Below, piece after piece: positions 1 to 8,804 of a stretch of 39,114 bases of DNA. A program made the translations under genes and the position numbers. Source of the DNA: Phycisphaeraceae bacterium. GTDB lineage: Bacteria; Planctomycetota; Phycisphaerae; Phycisphaerales; SM1A02. The first letter of the stretch is position 1; each line of letters begins with the position of its first letter. The notes beneath the pieces were generated by a model, which saw nothing but the letters and a program-made list of their open reading frames with translations, ran no database searches and was not told the DNA's origin. The stretch covers positions 1-39,114 of the forward strand of contig PWVT01000090.1 of NCBI GenBank assembly GCA_003562195.1, read 5' to 3'.

Positions 1-279
1 GCTTCCATCCGAATTCGAATGCTTCCGCCTGTCATATGCGTCACACGTCCTGAAAATCACTGACTCGATGAGTCAAGCACATCCATTTCCGCTGCCGAAA
101 CGTACGGCTGCGGAGTCCACCGTGGCATTGGGGCCAACTAGTGCGAATCGCTGATGATACGGTTCTCGACGATTCTGTCAACTTGCCCGGTTGAATCTTC
201 TTCATTCAGCCGGGAAAACTCCGCTCGTCCATCCCGCCTCCTGGAACCCAGGCCGCCTGATCCGGGTACAGTGAACAGT

Positions 280-1761
280 ATGCACAGCCAGCCGCTTAAC
301 GTCACAGCACCGTTTCGCCTCGCCATCCTCACTGTAATGGCGATCTGCCTCCTGGCGCTCCTTGACACCGCCACCCTGGCTGAAGGCCAATCAGAAAAGG
401 ACGACTTTCAGCCACTCACCCCTGATGATTTCCAGCCAGCAAGGCACGGTCTCGCCGAACGACCGCTGATCGCTCAGCCGCTTGGTCTGGCGATGTATGT
501 CCCCGATTCCCAGCTTGTCACCGACCGTGCAGACGGCCAGTTGGTCGTCTCGCTGCATGACCCGTCGGACCCGCCCGAATGGACCATTACCCTCCAGCAC
601 ATGCACACCGACCGAGGCGCCACGCCACGAGGTCAGATCGAGCAGCACCTCGCTGCCCTTGCTGAAAGTGGTCAAGAGCACCAGGTGATCGCGAATCAAT
701 CGGTCACCCCCGGCAACGCTGAAGGGCATTTATGCTACCTCCAGCAGGTCTCCGGCTCAGGACGGGATGCTGAACCATATATCAGCGGCTGGTTGATCCT
801 TCGCGCATCGCCGGATGCGTTTCTGGTGTTCTCCATCCTGTCCACTCCTGAGGCGTTCCCCCTGCTTCGAACCGCGCTGGACGCTGGCTTTGAAACGATC
901 AACCTCCGAAGTGTTGCTGAACTTTCGCTGGAGCGACGATCTCGCATTGACGCTGGCAGGGCTTTTCTTGAATCAATCACACCTGAACGCCTCTTGCCTT
1001 TGATGGATACTCGCCAATGGGCACGGCTATACCGCATCGACAGCGAAGGCCGGGAAATCGAAGTCGGCTACTCGCTGCTTGAGGTGTTCGAAGCCAAACG
1101 CGGGGAACTGCACCCCGGGCGTCGAGAATCAGAATACACCAGTACAGAACGTGAAGAAGGCATCATGGTCAAACTCCAGGGGCGAATCATCGGCGATCTC
1201 GATCGCGGCATCTTCTTTGATTCCATTGCCATGTACTGGATGGCGTGGGATCAGTCCGAGGAAGCGTGGTCCGTGCGCGGCACGCAGCGTCAGGGACAGG
1301 CCGAACGCAGTGAATCGGAAACTGGTCTCCGCATCGCGCCAAGCACCGGGAACCCGCGCCCCACGCTCACAGTGATCCGTCAACGCTCTTCGGACTACCA
1401 GCGCACACCCGCGGAATGGTCCGTACCAGATGCGTACCTCTCACAGGCGCTGGGGTCCGTGCTCGGCCGACTGTTGCCGCGCGACGAACAGCGTCGTAGA
1501 GAGTTCTCGTACTATTTTTATAACTACACCCAAGCCACACCGCAGTTGACCCAGCGGACCGACCAATGGGAGCCGCATGACAACGGCCAATGGCGACTGA
1601 CCACCCACCTCAACGTGGACAGCCCACCGATCGTTTCAATCTACACAGCGGACGGCGAATTCGTGAGAACTCGTCGACCGGACGGCACCATTACCGAACC
1701 AGCACGCATAGAAGACATTCGGCGGCTCTGGCAGCGACGCGGCCTACCCATGGGTCAGTGA
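280..1761 (+). CDS. hypothetical secreted protein
   Basis: Long ORF (track 154..1761). The ATG at 280 is followed by FRLAILTVMAICLLALLDTATLAEG, a signal-peptide-like hydrophobic segment. The 42 upstream codons look like non-coding read-in. No family motif recognised. Start is uncertain (154 or 280). Confidence 0.5.
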   Translation: MHSQPLNVTAPFRLAILTVMAICLLALLDTATLAEGQSEKDDFQPLTPDDFQPARHGLAERPLIAQPLGLAMYVPDSQLVTDRADGQLVVSLHDPSDPPEWTITLQHMHTDRGATPRGQIEQHLAALAESGQEHQVIANQSVTPGNAEGHLCYLQQVSGSGRDAEPYISGWLILRASPDAFLVFSILSTPEAFPLLRTALDAGFETINLRSVAELSLERRSRIDAGRAFLESITPERLLPLMDTRQWARLYRIDSEGREIEVGYSLLEVFEAKRGELHPGRRESEYTSTEREEGIMVKLQGRIIGDLDRGIFFDSIAMYWMAWDQSEEAWSVRGTQRQGQAERSESETGLRIAPSTGNPRPTLTVIRQRSSDYQRTPAEWSVPDAYLSQALGSVLGRLLPRDEQRRREFSYYFYNYTQATPQLTQRTDQWEPHDNGQWRLTTHLNVDSPPIVSIYTADGEFVRTRRPDGTITEPARIEDIRRLWQRRGLPMGQ

Positions 1762-1852
1762 TCCGCCGCTTCGCAAGCCGGTCAGGAGGATGACAGTCAT
1801 GTCACGGCGCAGGACGTATCGTTGGAGCAACGCCCTGCAATGGAGCCGAACC

Positions 1853-2608
1853 ATGACCGCAAATCATGCGCGTATCCTGGTGTTCCCGGCGATGCTCTTG
1901 GCCCTGCTCGCCGCCCGTGGATGCACGAGCACAACCAGCCACCACGGCATTTCACCCGATTTTACCCGCATGTCAGTGTTGCCACCCGACGCCGCGTTGG
2001 CCATTGCCGATTTTTTCCCCGAACGAACCGAAGCGGTGCAGTTTCGATTCATCGACAATCCCAGCGGCCTCGACACAATCGAGTTCATGCGAGAACCAAC
2101 CGATCGTCACGGGGCCAGTTGGGCAACTTCGGAAGGTGAAACGCGAGTTGACTATTGGGCAAGCGACGGGGCGGGCAACGTGCAGCTCAAAGCTGTGCTT
2201 GACGTTGAAGACGGTACCGTCAGCCACTTCGATCCTCCATTGACAGTCCCTGCGGATTTGGCCCCAGGTATACCGCACCGCGAGCAGGTCGCCATGCGCG
2301 TCGTCGATGCTCGCAAGCCGAAGAAACAAAAAGCAGCCGGTACCGCAACTCGAACGCTCGAATATGTGGACAATCAGCGTATACGAATAGACGGTCGTGA
2401 TGTCGTCGCCCAACGACTCGTCTCCCATTTGAAATGCGATCTTGGGATGGCCACGGCGGAAATCTCCACGACCTACTTCATCGTTCCCGGCATCGGATTG
2501 GTCGCCGAGCAAAGCAAAGAAGAGATTCGCGTGCTCGGCGTGTTCGGCCGCTCCAACAATCGGACCATTGTGCGAATCGCTGACGACTCACGAAATGTGA
2601 CACGTTGA
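1853..2608 (+). CDS. putative lipoprotein, function unknown
   Basis: ORF track 1790..2608. The ATG at 1853 gives MTANHARILVFPAMLLALLAARGC, a signal peptide ending in a lipobox-like A-R-G-C. No catalytic motif recognised. Start is uncertain (1790 or 1853). Confidence 0.5.
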   Translation: MTANHARILVFPAMLLALLAARGCTSTTSHHGISPDFTRMSVLPPDAALAIADFFPERTEAVQFRFIDNPSGLDTIEFMREPTDRHGASWATSEGETRVDYWASDGAGNVQLKAVLDVEDGTVSHFDPPLTVPADLAPGIPHREQVAMRVVDARKPKKQKAAGTATRTLEYVDNQRIRIDGRDVVAQRLVSHLKCDLGMATAEISTTYFIVPGIGLVAEQSKEEIRVLGVFGRSNNRTIVRIADDSRNVTR

Positions 2609-3946
2609 CACGGCTGTGGCAAGTGCGTCGATCATCTCATTGGGGTACAGCGCAAAGGGCCAGTCACGACGCTGCGCGATCGCGGCATCACTCACTGCTC
2701 GCCGTGCCTGCTCGACACGCTTGTGCGCCTGCTGCACGGCCTCGACATGGACACGACGAAGTTGCTCAAGTTGCTGATGCATCTGAAAGAACGCCGCCTT
2801 GCGCTGTGGTGAACGCCGCGGCAGCCCGTCGACTTGCTTGAGCATGGCGTGCTTCTGCTCACCCGGCGAAGTGCCGCCGGTGACCGATTCTGGATCATGC
2901 CATATCCGCCGCGCTTCGTGCTGAGTCTGCACAACATCGCCCGGCTGATCTACGCCCAGCGGCAATCGCAACGTAGCCGTAGCGACTGCGATCGGCGCGA
3001 CCTCAACACCCAGCCAGTTGCGAATCCAAATTTCCATTGCCCGGTCGTAGTTGGCCCCGCCGGTGCCGTGGATGAATACATCGCACATGCCCAGCCTCAC
3101 CAATGCCGTCATGAACAGCGCGCGTGGCAGCAGCGGCGGCAGTGACGGGTCATCAAGCACCGCCTGCGCATCATTGTCATACGCACGCATGCGCCTGCCA
3201 TCCGGCCGAATACGCCACAGCGGCAGCTCGACATAATCATCTCGAACCAGCAGCGGACCGATGCCCGCCTCCGCCACTTCAGCCACGGCTGCGTTGTACG
3301 CTTCCGCACATGCATGTGGATCATCCGCCATGGCCTGCAGCAATGCTCGACCAAGCGCGGTCTGCCCGAGGTCCGTCGCGGTGACGTTCGTCACCGGCTT
3401 GACCCATCGGGCCATGAGTTCGCTGAGCACCATCGCCATCTGCAGCGCTGCATTGGGCGCATCGGCATGTCGGTGTACCGCTGCGAAAATCCGCTGCACA
3501 CCTTCGCGCACCGACTCACACGCAAACGGCAGATGCATCGGATCACGCGATGGCGTGAACGCGCCTTGCAACCCCATCGGAACATCCTTGCGACTGGGTG
3601 CAAGCTCAACACTTCGCACCGCCAACGAACCATCACCACGTCGAATCGGCACATCGAACGCACCGTAGTGATCCACATGCTGATCAACAATCAGATTCGC
3701 CCGGCCGAAGTCATTCGAATCGGCCACGGCATCCATAACCATGTACTTGATGAGAATCCCCGGATGCCACAGCAGTGTTTGATGCCCGGTGGCGATGATC
3801 GGCCGCTCGGTCGCGAGGCCAAGCTCCAGCCGCGTCTTTTCACGCCATTGACGCTGCGCATGGCCAAACAGCGTGCCGTCGGGCTGCGCCCGTGCCCTGG
3901 CTGCGATGGCCTCCAATTGCGGCTGGATGTGCAAGTCAATACTCAC
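2588..3946 (-). CDS. hypothetical protein, tentatively BshC-like (putative cysteine ligase family)
   Basis: 452-codon ORF. Its GTG start overlaps the stop of the upstream membrane ORF (GTGA at 3943..3946). ATGHQTLLWHPGILIKY followed by IVDQHVDHYGAF loosely resembles the GGQQxGLxxGPxYxxxK ... EDHD region that I recall from BshC. The family assignment is tentative; that it is a CDS is more certain. Confidence 0.5.
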   Translation of the reverse strand: MSIDLHIQPQLEAIAARARAQPDGTLFGHAQRQWREKTRLELGLATERPIIATGHQTLLWHPGILIKYMVMDAVADSNDFGRANLIVDQHVDHYGAFDVPIRRGDGSLAVRSVELAPSRKDVPMGLQGAFTPSRDPMHLPFACESVREGVQRIFAAVHRHADAPNAALQMAMVLSELMARWVKPVTNVTATDLGQTALGRALLQAMADDPHACAEAYNAAVAEVAEAGIGPLLVRDDYVELPLWRIRPDGRRMRAYDNDAQAVLDDPSLPPLLPRALFMTALVRLGMCDVFIHGTGGANYDRAMEIWIRNWLGVEVAPIAVATATLRLPLGVDQPGDVVQTQHEARRIWHDPESVTGGTSPGEQKHAMLKQVDGLPRRSPQRKAAFFQMHQQLEQLRRVHVEAVQQAHKRVEQARRAVSDAAIAQRRDWPFALYPNEMIDALATAVSTCHIS

Positions 3947-4287
3947 GAGGCCTCAGCGGGTACAGATGGTTCCAGTTGCTCATCCATTGCCTGTCGACGC
4001 TTGGTCAGATCAGACCAGACAAGCAATGGCACCGCAATCGGGCCGATGAAGAAAACCGGCGTCAACAGAACCAGCAGCAGCAAGTGACGTATCGCGTACC
4101 CGCTGCCAAGTTCCTTCCAGCCAGCCATGGTCATCAGTACGGCTGAGGCGACAAGAAGCCCCGCTGGAACAATGAGAAGTGGCGGAAAGATCACGGCGAA
4201 AAGTGCGATCGTGAGTGCGAACAGATGCACCTTCAACATCGGCCCGAGGCAGTCGATCTGATCGGTTACTCGATTCATGTCCGCCAT
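3943..4287 (-). CDS. small integral membrane protein (about 3 TM helices)
   Basis: The ATG at 4287 is preceded by AGGGAG with a 7-nt spacer. The 114-aa product has hydrophobic helices HLFALTIALFAVIFPPLLIV, AGLLVASAVLMTMAG and LLLLVLLTPVFFIGPIAVPLLV. The longer 155-aa track ORF would overlap the upstream glycosyltransferase gene. Confidence 0.55.
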   Translation of the reverse strand: MADMNRVTDQIDCLGPMLKVHLFALTIALFAVIFPPLLIVPAGLLVASAVLMTMAGWKELGSGYAIRHLLLLVLLTPVFFIGPIAVPLLVWSDLTKRRQAMDEQLEPSVPAEAS

Positions 4288-4300
4288 CGACTTGCTCCCT

Positions 4301-5062
4301 TTACCCGCACAATGCTTCGCGTGGCAGCAGATCCTTGCACCGCTCCATCTCGCGGCACATCGTCGCGCGGTAGTGCTCCAGTCGTGATGTCGGGTTGTCC
4401 AGCGGCCCACCGAAGCTGCGCGATGGGTCGTTGTAAATCAGCCGCACCGGCACTTCCTGAATGCGCAGGCCGTGCGCCACCGCCTGCACCCAGAACTGCA
4501 TCGGAAAGTCATAGCCATCGATATCCAGACTCAGCTTCTCGCACGCACTCACCCGGTACGCTTTGAAACCGCAAAACGCATCGGTGATCGGCAAACCCAA
4601 ACGATCGCGCAGCTCTTCTGTGATCGTCTTGTTGATCGCACGGCGATCGCTCGGCGGGGCATCATCCTGCGGCATCTGCTGGAGATACCGACTTCCGGAG
4701 ATCACATCCGCAGCGTCCTCGTTGATCTTCTCGATGAAATGCGGGATCGCCGCCGGCTCGTGCTGTTCATCGCAGTCCATGGTGATCAGCCAGTCAAAGC
4801 CATCAAAGCTGGCCCAGCGGATCATGTCCTGCATCGATCGGCCGTAGCCGCGGTTTTCTGCATGGCGGATCACTTCGACTGACTGCTCAGCGAGCTTCAT
4901 CGGCGTGCAGTCGGTCGAACCATCGTCGATCACCAACACATCGCTGGCGTAGCGGCGAACTTCGCCCAGCACCTTCGCGACATACTTCTCCTCGTTGTAC
5001 ACGGGGATGCCCACGAGAGTGCGCGGGCTGGTGCGATCAGCATTGGTGACGGTCTGGCTCAT
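4301..5062 (-). CDS. family 2 glycosyltransferase (polyprenol-phosphate sugar synthase / DPM1-GtrB-like)
   Basis: VGIPVYNEEKYV ... VLVIDDGSTDCT ... ITMDCDEQH is the canonical GT-A/GT2 N-terminal signature. The ATG at 5062 has GAGGAG 6 nt upstream. The track start at 5068 is a GTG two codons earlier. Confidence 0.85.
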   Translation of the reverse strand: MSQTVTNADRTSPRTLVGIPVYNEEKYVAKVLGEVRRYASDVLVIDDGSTDCTPMKLAEQSVEVIRHAENRGYGRSMQDMIRWASFDGFDWLITMDCDEQHEPAAIPHFIEKINEDAADVISGSRYLQQMPQDDAPPSDRRAINKTITEELRDRLGLPITDAFCGFKAYRVSACEKLSLDIDGYDFPMQFWVQAVAHGLRIQEVPVRLIYNDPSRSFGGPLDNPTSRLEHYRATMCREMERCKDLLPREALCG

Positions 5063-5123
5063 ACTCACTCCTCAATTCACGATCCCCGCCACCTATGACT
5101 CTAGGGATCGGCAAGAGGATGTT

Positions 5124-6362
5124 CTATCTCTCATCTTCATTGTCCGGCTCGCGAAACAGGGCAAGGCAGGCGGTGTGGCCATGCAGAAACGACGCATCGC
5201 CAATCGGCCCCAACTCACCAGCAGCGAAAAACCCAGCCGTGGGTACGTTTCCGAGTCGATCATGAATCATCTGCAGATCATGCCCAGATTTACCAAACAG
5301 CCGCGCGCCGCGACCATTGCATGAGTACAGCAACGCCCCGAACGGCGGCGTGCTGAGTTGCTGCGCATCGAGCAGCAACTGCAGGTCTTCCGCAGCGGTC
5401 GTTGCATCACGCACATGAAACTGAATCGTCTGCCCAACGCGCGGCATGTCGCCGACAGCAATGCCACCGGCTTTCTGATCAATCCCAAGAATGCTGCGAA
5501 TGAGAAAGTCGCCACGTCCAAAACGATCCTTATATTCGTTGATAACCGTCCCGATCAACAATCCCTGGCTGAGAAGTTTGCGCTCATCCTCAGACAAGTT
5601 CTGAGCAAGCTCTTGCAATGCATCGAGTGCCCGCATGGAACCGAGTTCCAGAATCACGTTCTCCTGCGCCTTGGTCACCACCAGTGGCTTGCCGATGGGT
5701 CGGCACCCCTGACTGACGACGAAGTTCACTTTGACGTCGCCCGAGATTGTCACGCCAACCCCGCCGGCGGTCAGCACGCGCTCGTTGAGCACCAACACAT
5801 TCAACCCCGGTTGCGACGCCCCCGACGCCATGCCGCCAATCACCGGCACGGCTTTCTCACCTTCGCCGCAGTTGCTCAGTGCCGGCAGCAGTCGTGTGAT
5901 TGGCGTGGTGAATGGGTCAGCAAGCATCATCGTTGTACGAAGTTCATCGTTGAACCCGATGCGCGAACGCACTTGCGCCGGATCGCGCAGCGGGATCGGG
6001 TTGTCCGGCGAAGTCGTCCACGAGCGCACTTTCGCTCCACCAAGCCGCATCCCGATGGCGCTTAGGCCTGCACGGCCATCAAGCTCAACATCGGCCCCAA
6101 GCACCGCCTCGGCGGTGACGCCGAGCATCGTGCGCGGCTTGACTGTCTTGCGAATGGCAGCAGCCGCCTCCGCAAACGCCGTGCGATGGTGATAGCTTGC
6201 GAACATCAAAAGAAGATCACACCGGCCAGCAAGCTCATCGTGAAGCTGCTCGGCAACTTCCATTGCGGCGGTGCGTGAGTCGATGTGCGAGCTGATCGCG
6301 GAGGACGCGGCATACGGCCCGGTGCGCGGCGATGTGCGTGGTTTGGGAGAAGCTGAACTCAT
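5124..6362 (-). CDS. FIST (FIST_N + FIST_C) sensory domain protein
   Basis: Motifs typical of FIST proteins: LLLMFASYHH, GGMASG, GALLYSCNGRGARLFG, AGFFAAGELGPIG. I chose the ATG at 6362. The 99 extra upstream codons in the track ORF (to 6659) are Cys/Arg-rich and do not look coding. Confidence 0.8.
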   Translation of the reverse strand: MSSASPKPRTSPRTGPYAASSAISSHIDSRTAAMEVAEQLHDELAGRCDLLLMFASYHHRTAFAEAAAAIRKTVKPRTMLGVTAEAVLGADVELDGRAGLSAIGMRLGGAKVRSWTTSPDNPIPLRDPAQVRSRIGFNDELRTTMMLADPFTTPITRLLPALSNCGEGEKAVPVIGGMASGASQPGLNVLVLNERVLTAGGVGVTISGDVKVNFVVSQGCRPIGKPLVVTKAQENVILELGSMRALDALQELAQNLSEDERKLLSQGLLIGTVINEYKDRFGRGDFLIRSILGIDQKAGGIAVGDMPRVGQTIQFHVRDATTAAEDLQLLLDAQQLSTPPFGALLYSCNGRGARLFGKSGHDLQMIHDRLGNVPTAGFFAAGELGPIGDASFLHGHTACLALFREPDNEDER

Positions 6363-7060
6363 GACTGCCCCATCGTACCGCCCCCACTGGCCAAACCGCC
6401 CCCCTCCGAGGTCGGTTTCTGTCCACTTTCTGCCCAATTCAGCAGGTTTCTGCATGAAATTTACCGGTTTGGACAGTTTCGGCGCACATGCGCAATGGAA
6501 TTTGACTCTGTCATAGCCGAGCGATTTCCAAAACTGCACACACGACAATGCGATTTGACGCATGGCATGTACCTCACACAGATGGGCAACAAATCTCGCG
6601 ATGGCACAAACAGCCACACTGCCCAGGGACGCACAACGTTGCAAAAACACGCAGGCCAAAACACACCTCCTCTATATATGGATGCGCGGCAACGCTGGCG
6701 CGCGCAAACGCGCACCTATCACTCTGAAACCCCCATTGTTGCGAGGAATTTTTTCCTCCGCGACTCGTACACCGACCGTGCCGCCTCTTGTCCTTTTCCG
6801 GATTATTTCTTGACCGCCATCGCGAGCGATGTATGTTCACCAACATCATTCCTGGTCAGCGTTGCGGATGTTCCGGCGTCCGCGGGGAGTGCCCACCCCC
6901 CCACCCACCCCCCGCTTTGATTCAGGATTTCCATTGGGCAGGCAGGCAGGCAGGACAAAGAACATGTTAAGCGTTTTGGTTTCACGGTCTCGCGACCACC
7001 CGTGATCGGTGTGGCTGTTCTTTGAGAGTGAAAGCGAGCTTTGCGATGGGAGTACGGGCA

Positions 7061-7417
7061 ATGCCGATGATGCGTATGCAACCTCCAGCGATTCGACACA
7101 GGAATCATTCCACGCCAACTCTGGTGCTGTTGTTGTGCTTCGCAACAATCTCCGGCTGTGCTGCATCGCACGACTGGTCAGCAAGTCAGGCGAACCTGGG
7201 CACCGCGAATGATCAACGGGAACTTCAAATCATCTTGGCGGGCTCGAACGTCACCCATCAGATTGCCGGAGAATGGCTCGCGGAAGACCTGTGGTCGTTT
7301 CGGCTTGGTGTACTGATTGTCCAACTGAGGACACGCGATATTGGAGCATGCCTGCCCGAGGATAAACCGACGGACCATATCGCCGACCGCGTGCCCTGGG
7401 CTGCTGACAATCGATGA
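7061..7417 (+). CDS. possible small lipoprotein
   Basis: ORF track 7022..7417. ATGs at 7061-7076 precede TLVLLLCFATISGC, a signal peptide with an I-S-G-C lipobox. It is short, has no recognisable family, and may be spurious. Confidence 0.35.
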   Translation: MPMMRMQPPAIRHRNHSTPTLVLLLCFATISGCAASHDWSASQANLGTANDQRELQIILAGSNVTHQIAGEWLAEDLWSFRLGVLIVQLRTRDIGACLPEDKPTDHIADRVPWAADNR

Positions 7418-7489
7418 TGGTCACGTGCATCAGGCGGCCTGGCCGAACGTCGCGGCCTGGCTTGCTCAGTGAAAGATTTCTCTTGACCG

Positions 7490-7516
7490 TGATCAGCTCG
7501 TTGGTCATGCTGATCA
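7490..7516. promoter_or_regulatory. inverted repeat TGATCAGC-N11-GCTGATCA (candidate operator)
   Basis: A perfect 8-bp inverted repeat (7490..7497 and 7509..7516) lies about 105 nt upstream of the ECF-like sigma start codon. It was seen directly in the sequence; its function is unknown. Confidence 0.2.
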
Positions 7517-7621
7517 GCGTAGGGAAAATGAAGATTTTCGGATTTTGCCAAGATTTCCGCGCGCCAGAGTTCATCCAGCCCCTCCTTTTGGGGGTGGTGC
7601 ATTCAATTCAGAATTTTGTCC

Positions 7622-8335
7622 ATGCGCCCGGATCAATATCTGATGCTCAAATCGACCAAGCATGATGCATTTCCAAAGACCCCGCGGTCATGGATCTGCA
7701 CGCAATTGGGGCTTGGGGAGCAAGGGCTTGCTGAGGCCAATCGACACGTCATGGCTGGGTATGCCAAGCCGCTGAAGGTGTATTTTCGCGGCAGTTCATT
7801 TCGATCTATGGCTGATGCTGACGAGATTGTCAACGCCTTCTTTGCCGATCGGCTTTCCCGGCCGGACTTTCTCGCAAAATGGGAAACGAGCCAGCGACCA
7901 ATGCGATACTGGCTTCTTGTGGGGTTTCGGTATTTCCTGATGGAGCAGTTGGCACGACGCAGTACGGTTCAGGAGACTGCCCAACCGCTGGGTGATCAAC
8001 ACACCTCGGCCGGGACGGTAGAGAGCGAGTTTCACCGTGAGGTCGCTCGCACGCTCGTACGACAAGCAGCGGTGCGTACCGAGGAAATCTGCCGCCGCGA
8101 TGGACTGGGCGAGCACTGGGATATCTGGATTCGCCACCACCTCAACGGCCGGCCGCTGACGGACATCGCCTGCGAGCGCGGCGAAGATCACGTGCGCGTG
8201 AAAGTCATGGCACGAACCGCTGGCAACCGATTTCGCCGCACACTTCGCGAACTACTGACTTGGCCCGGCGCTTCACAACAGCGCGTCGATCAGGAGATCC
8301 ACGAATTGATCACCACTTTGGGGAAAGACCAATGA
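7622..8335 (+). CDS. ECF-type (sigma-70 family) RNA polymerase sigma factor, kinase-associated type
   Basis: KTPRSWICTQL ... YAKPLKVYFRGS..ADADEIVNAFFADRLSRPDFLAKWETSQRPMRYWLLVGFRYFLMEQLARR follows the pattern TxWS ... YxxPLYxYxRRxG..DAEDLxQxFF ... GRFRxFLLxxLxxFLxxxxR that I recall from planctomycete/deltaproteobacterial ECF sigmas. The C-terminal LTDIACERGEDHVRVKVMARTAGNRFRRTLRELL looks like a region 4 HTH. ATG at 7622 (track start 7616 is a TTG). Confidence 0.55.
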   Translation: MRPDQYLMLKSTKHDAFPKTPRSWICTQLGLGEQGLAEANRHVMAGYAKPLKVYFRGSSFRSMADADEIVNAFFADRLSRPDFLAKWETSQRPMRYWLLVGFRYFLMEQLARRSTVQETAQPLGDQHTSAGTVESEFHREVARTLVRQAAVRTEEICRRDGLGEHWDIWIRHHLNGRPLTDIACERGEDHVRVKVMARTAGNRFRRTLRELLTWPGASQQRVDQEIHELITTLGKDQ

Positions 8336-8796
8336 CACACGATGCAGCAGCGTTTCAAAACACAATGACCAACGATCAGGCCACAACGCTGCTCATGCTG
8401 GGCCTGACGAGTGGATCATCTCGACAGATCGACGCCCTGCTCGATCGCATCTCTGAAACGCACGTCCAACCATGGTTTAATCGTGCGCTCGGGGATGTGT
8501 TCGATGCCGATGCGATCACGGCGATGCTCAGTGGCGATATTGATATTGCTGGTGTCAAACATCACAAGCGCGAGGCCAAGCGACAGCTTACTGAGGCCAC
8601 GACGCAGGATAGCCGGTTGACGGCACTGGCTGGATACTGCGTCACGGTTGCGTCGGCATTGGCACATCACGGGACATTAATCAGCTCCCGACCTGGTGAA
8701 GAATGGACAGAAGTGTGTGCAGACCTTGCAGGCGTGGTCTCACCAGAGTGGCGTGACCTGTTCACTCGCGCGGCCGAGCGTGCGCTACGCACGTGA
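8332..8796 (+). CDS. hypothetical protein translationally coupled to the ECF-like sigma gene
   Basis: The ATG at 8332 overlaps the sigma gene stop (ATGA at 8332..8335). The 154-aa soluble-looking product has no recognised motif. Its position suggests an accessory or anti-sigma-like role (inference). Confidence 0.5.
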   Translation: MTHDAAAFQNTMTNDQATTLLMLGLTSGSSRQIDALLDRISETHVQPWFNRALGDVFDADAITAMLSGDIDIAGVKHHKREAKRQLTEATTQDSRLTALAGYCVTVASALAHHGTLISSRPGEEWTEVCADLAGVVSPEWRDLFTRAAERALRT

Positions 8797-8804
8797 CAGA
8801 CGCA

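Noticed and set aside
6363-6659. N-terminal extensions of track ORFs: FIST ORF to 6659, 154..279, 12995..13231, 19987..20133, 15136..15255 and 15296..15481.
   Set aside because: The extensions overlap neighbouring genes or precede obvious signal peptides or RBS-linked internal starts, and they have implausible composition. I used the internal starts and flagged the uncertainty.
6937-6952. (GGCA)x4 tetranucleotide repeat as a possible phase-variation switch.
   Set aside because: With only four units, lying intergenic and not between clear -35/-10 elements, it is too short to claim slipped-strand regulation.
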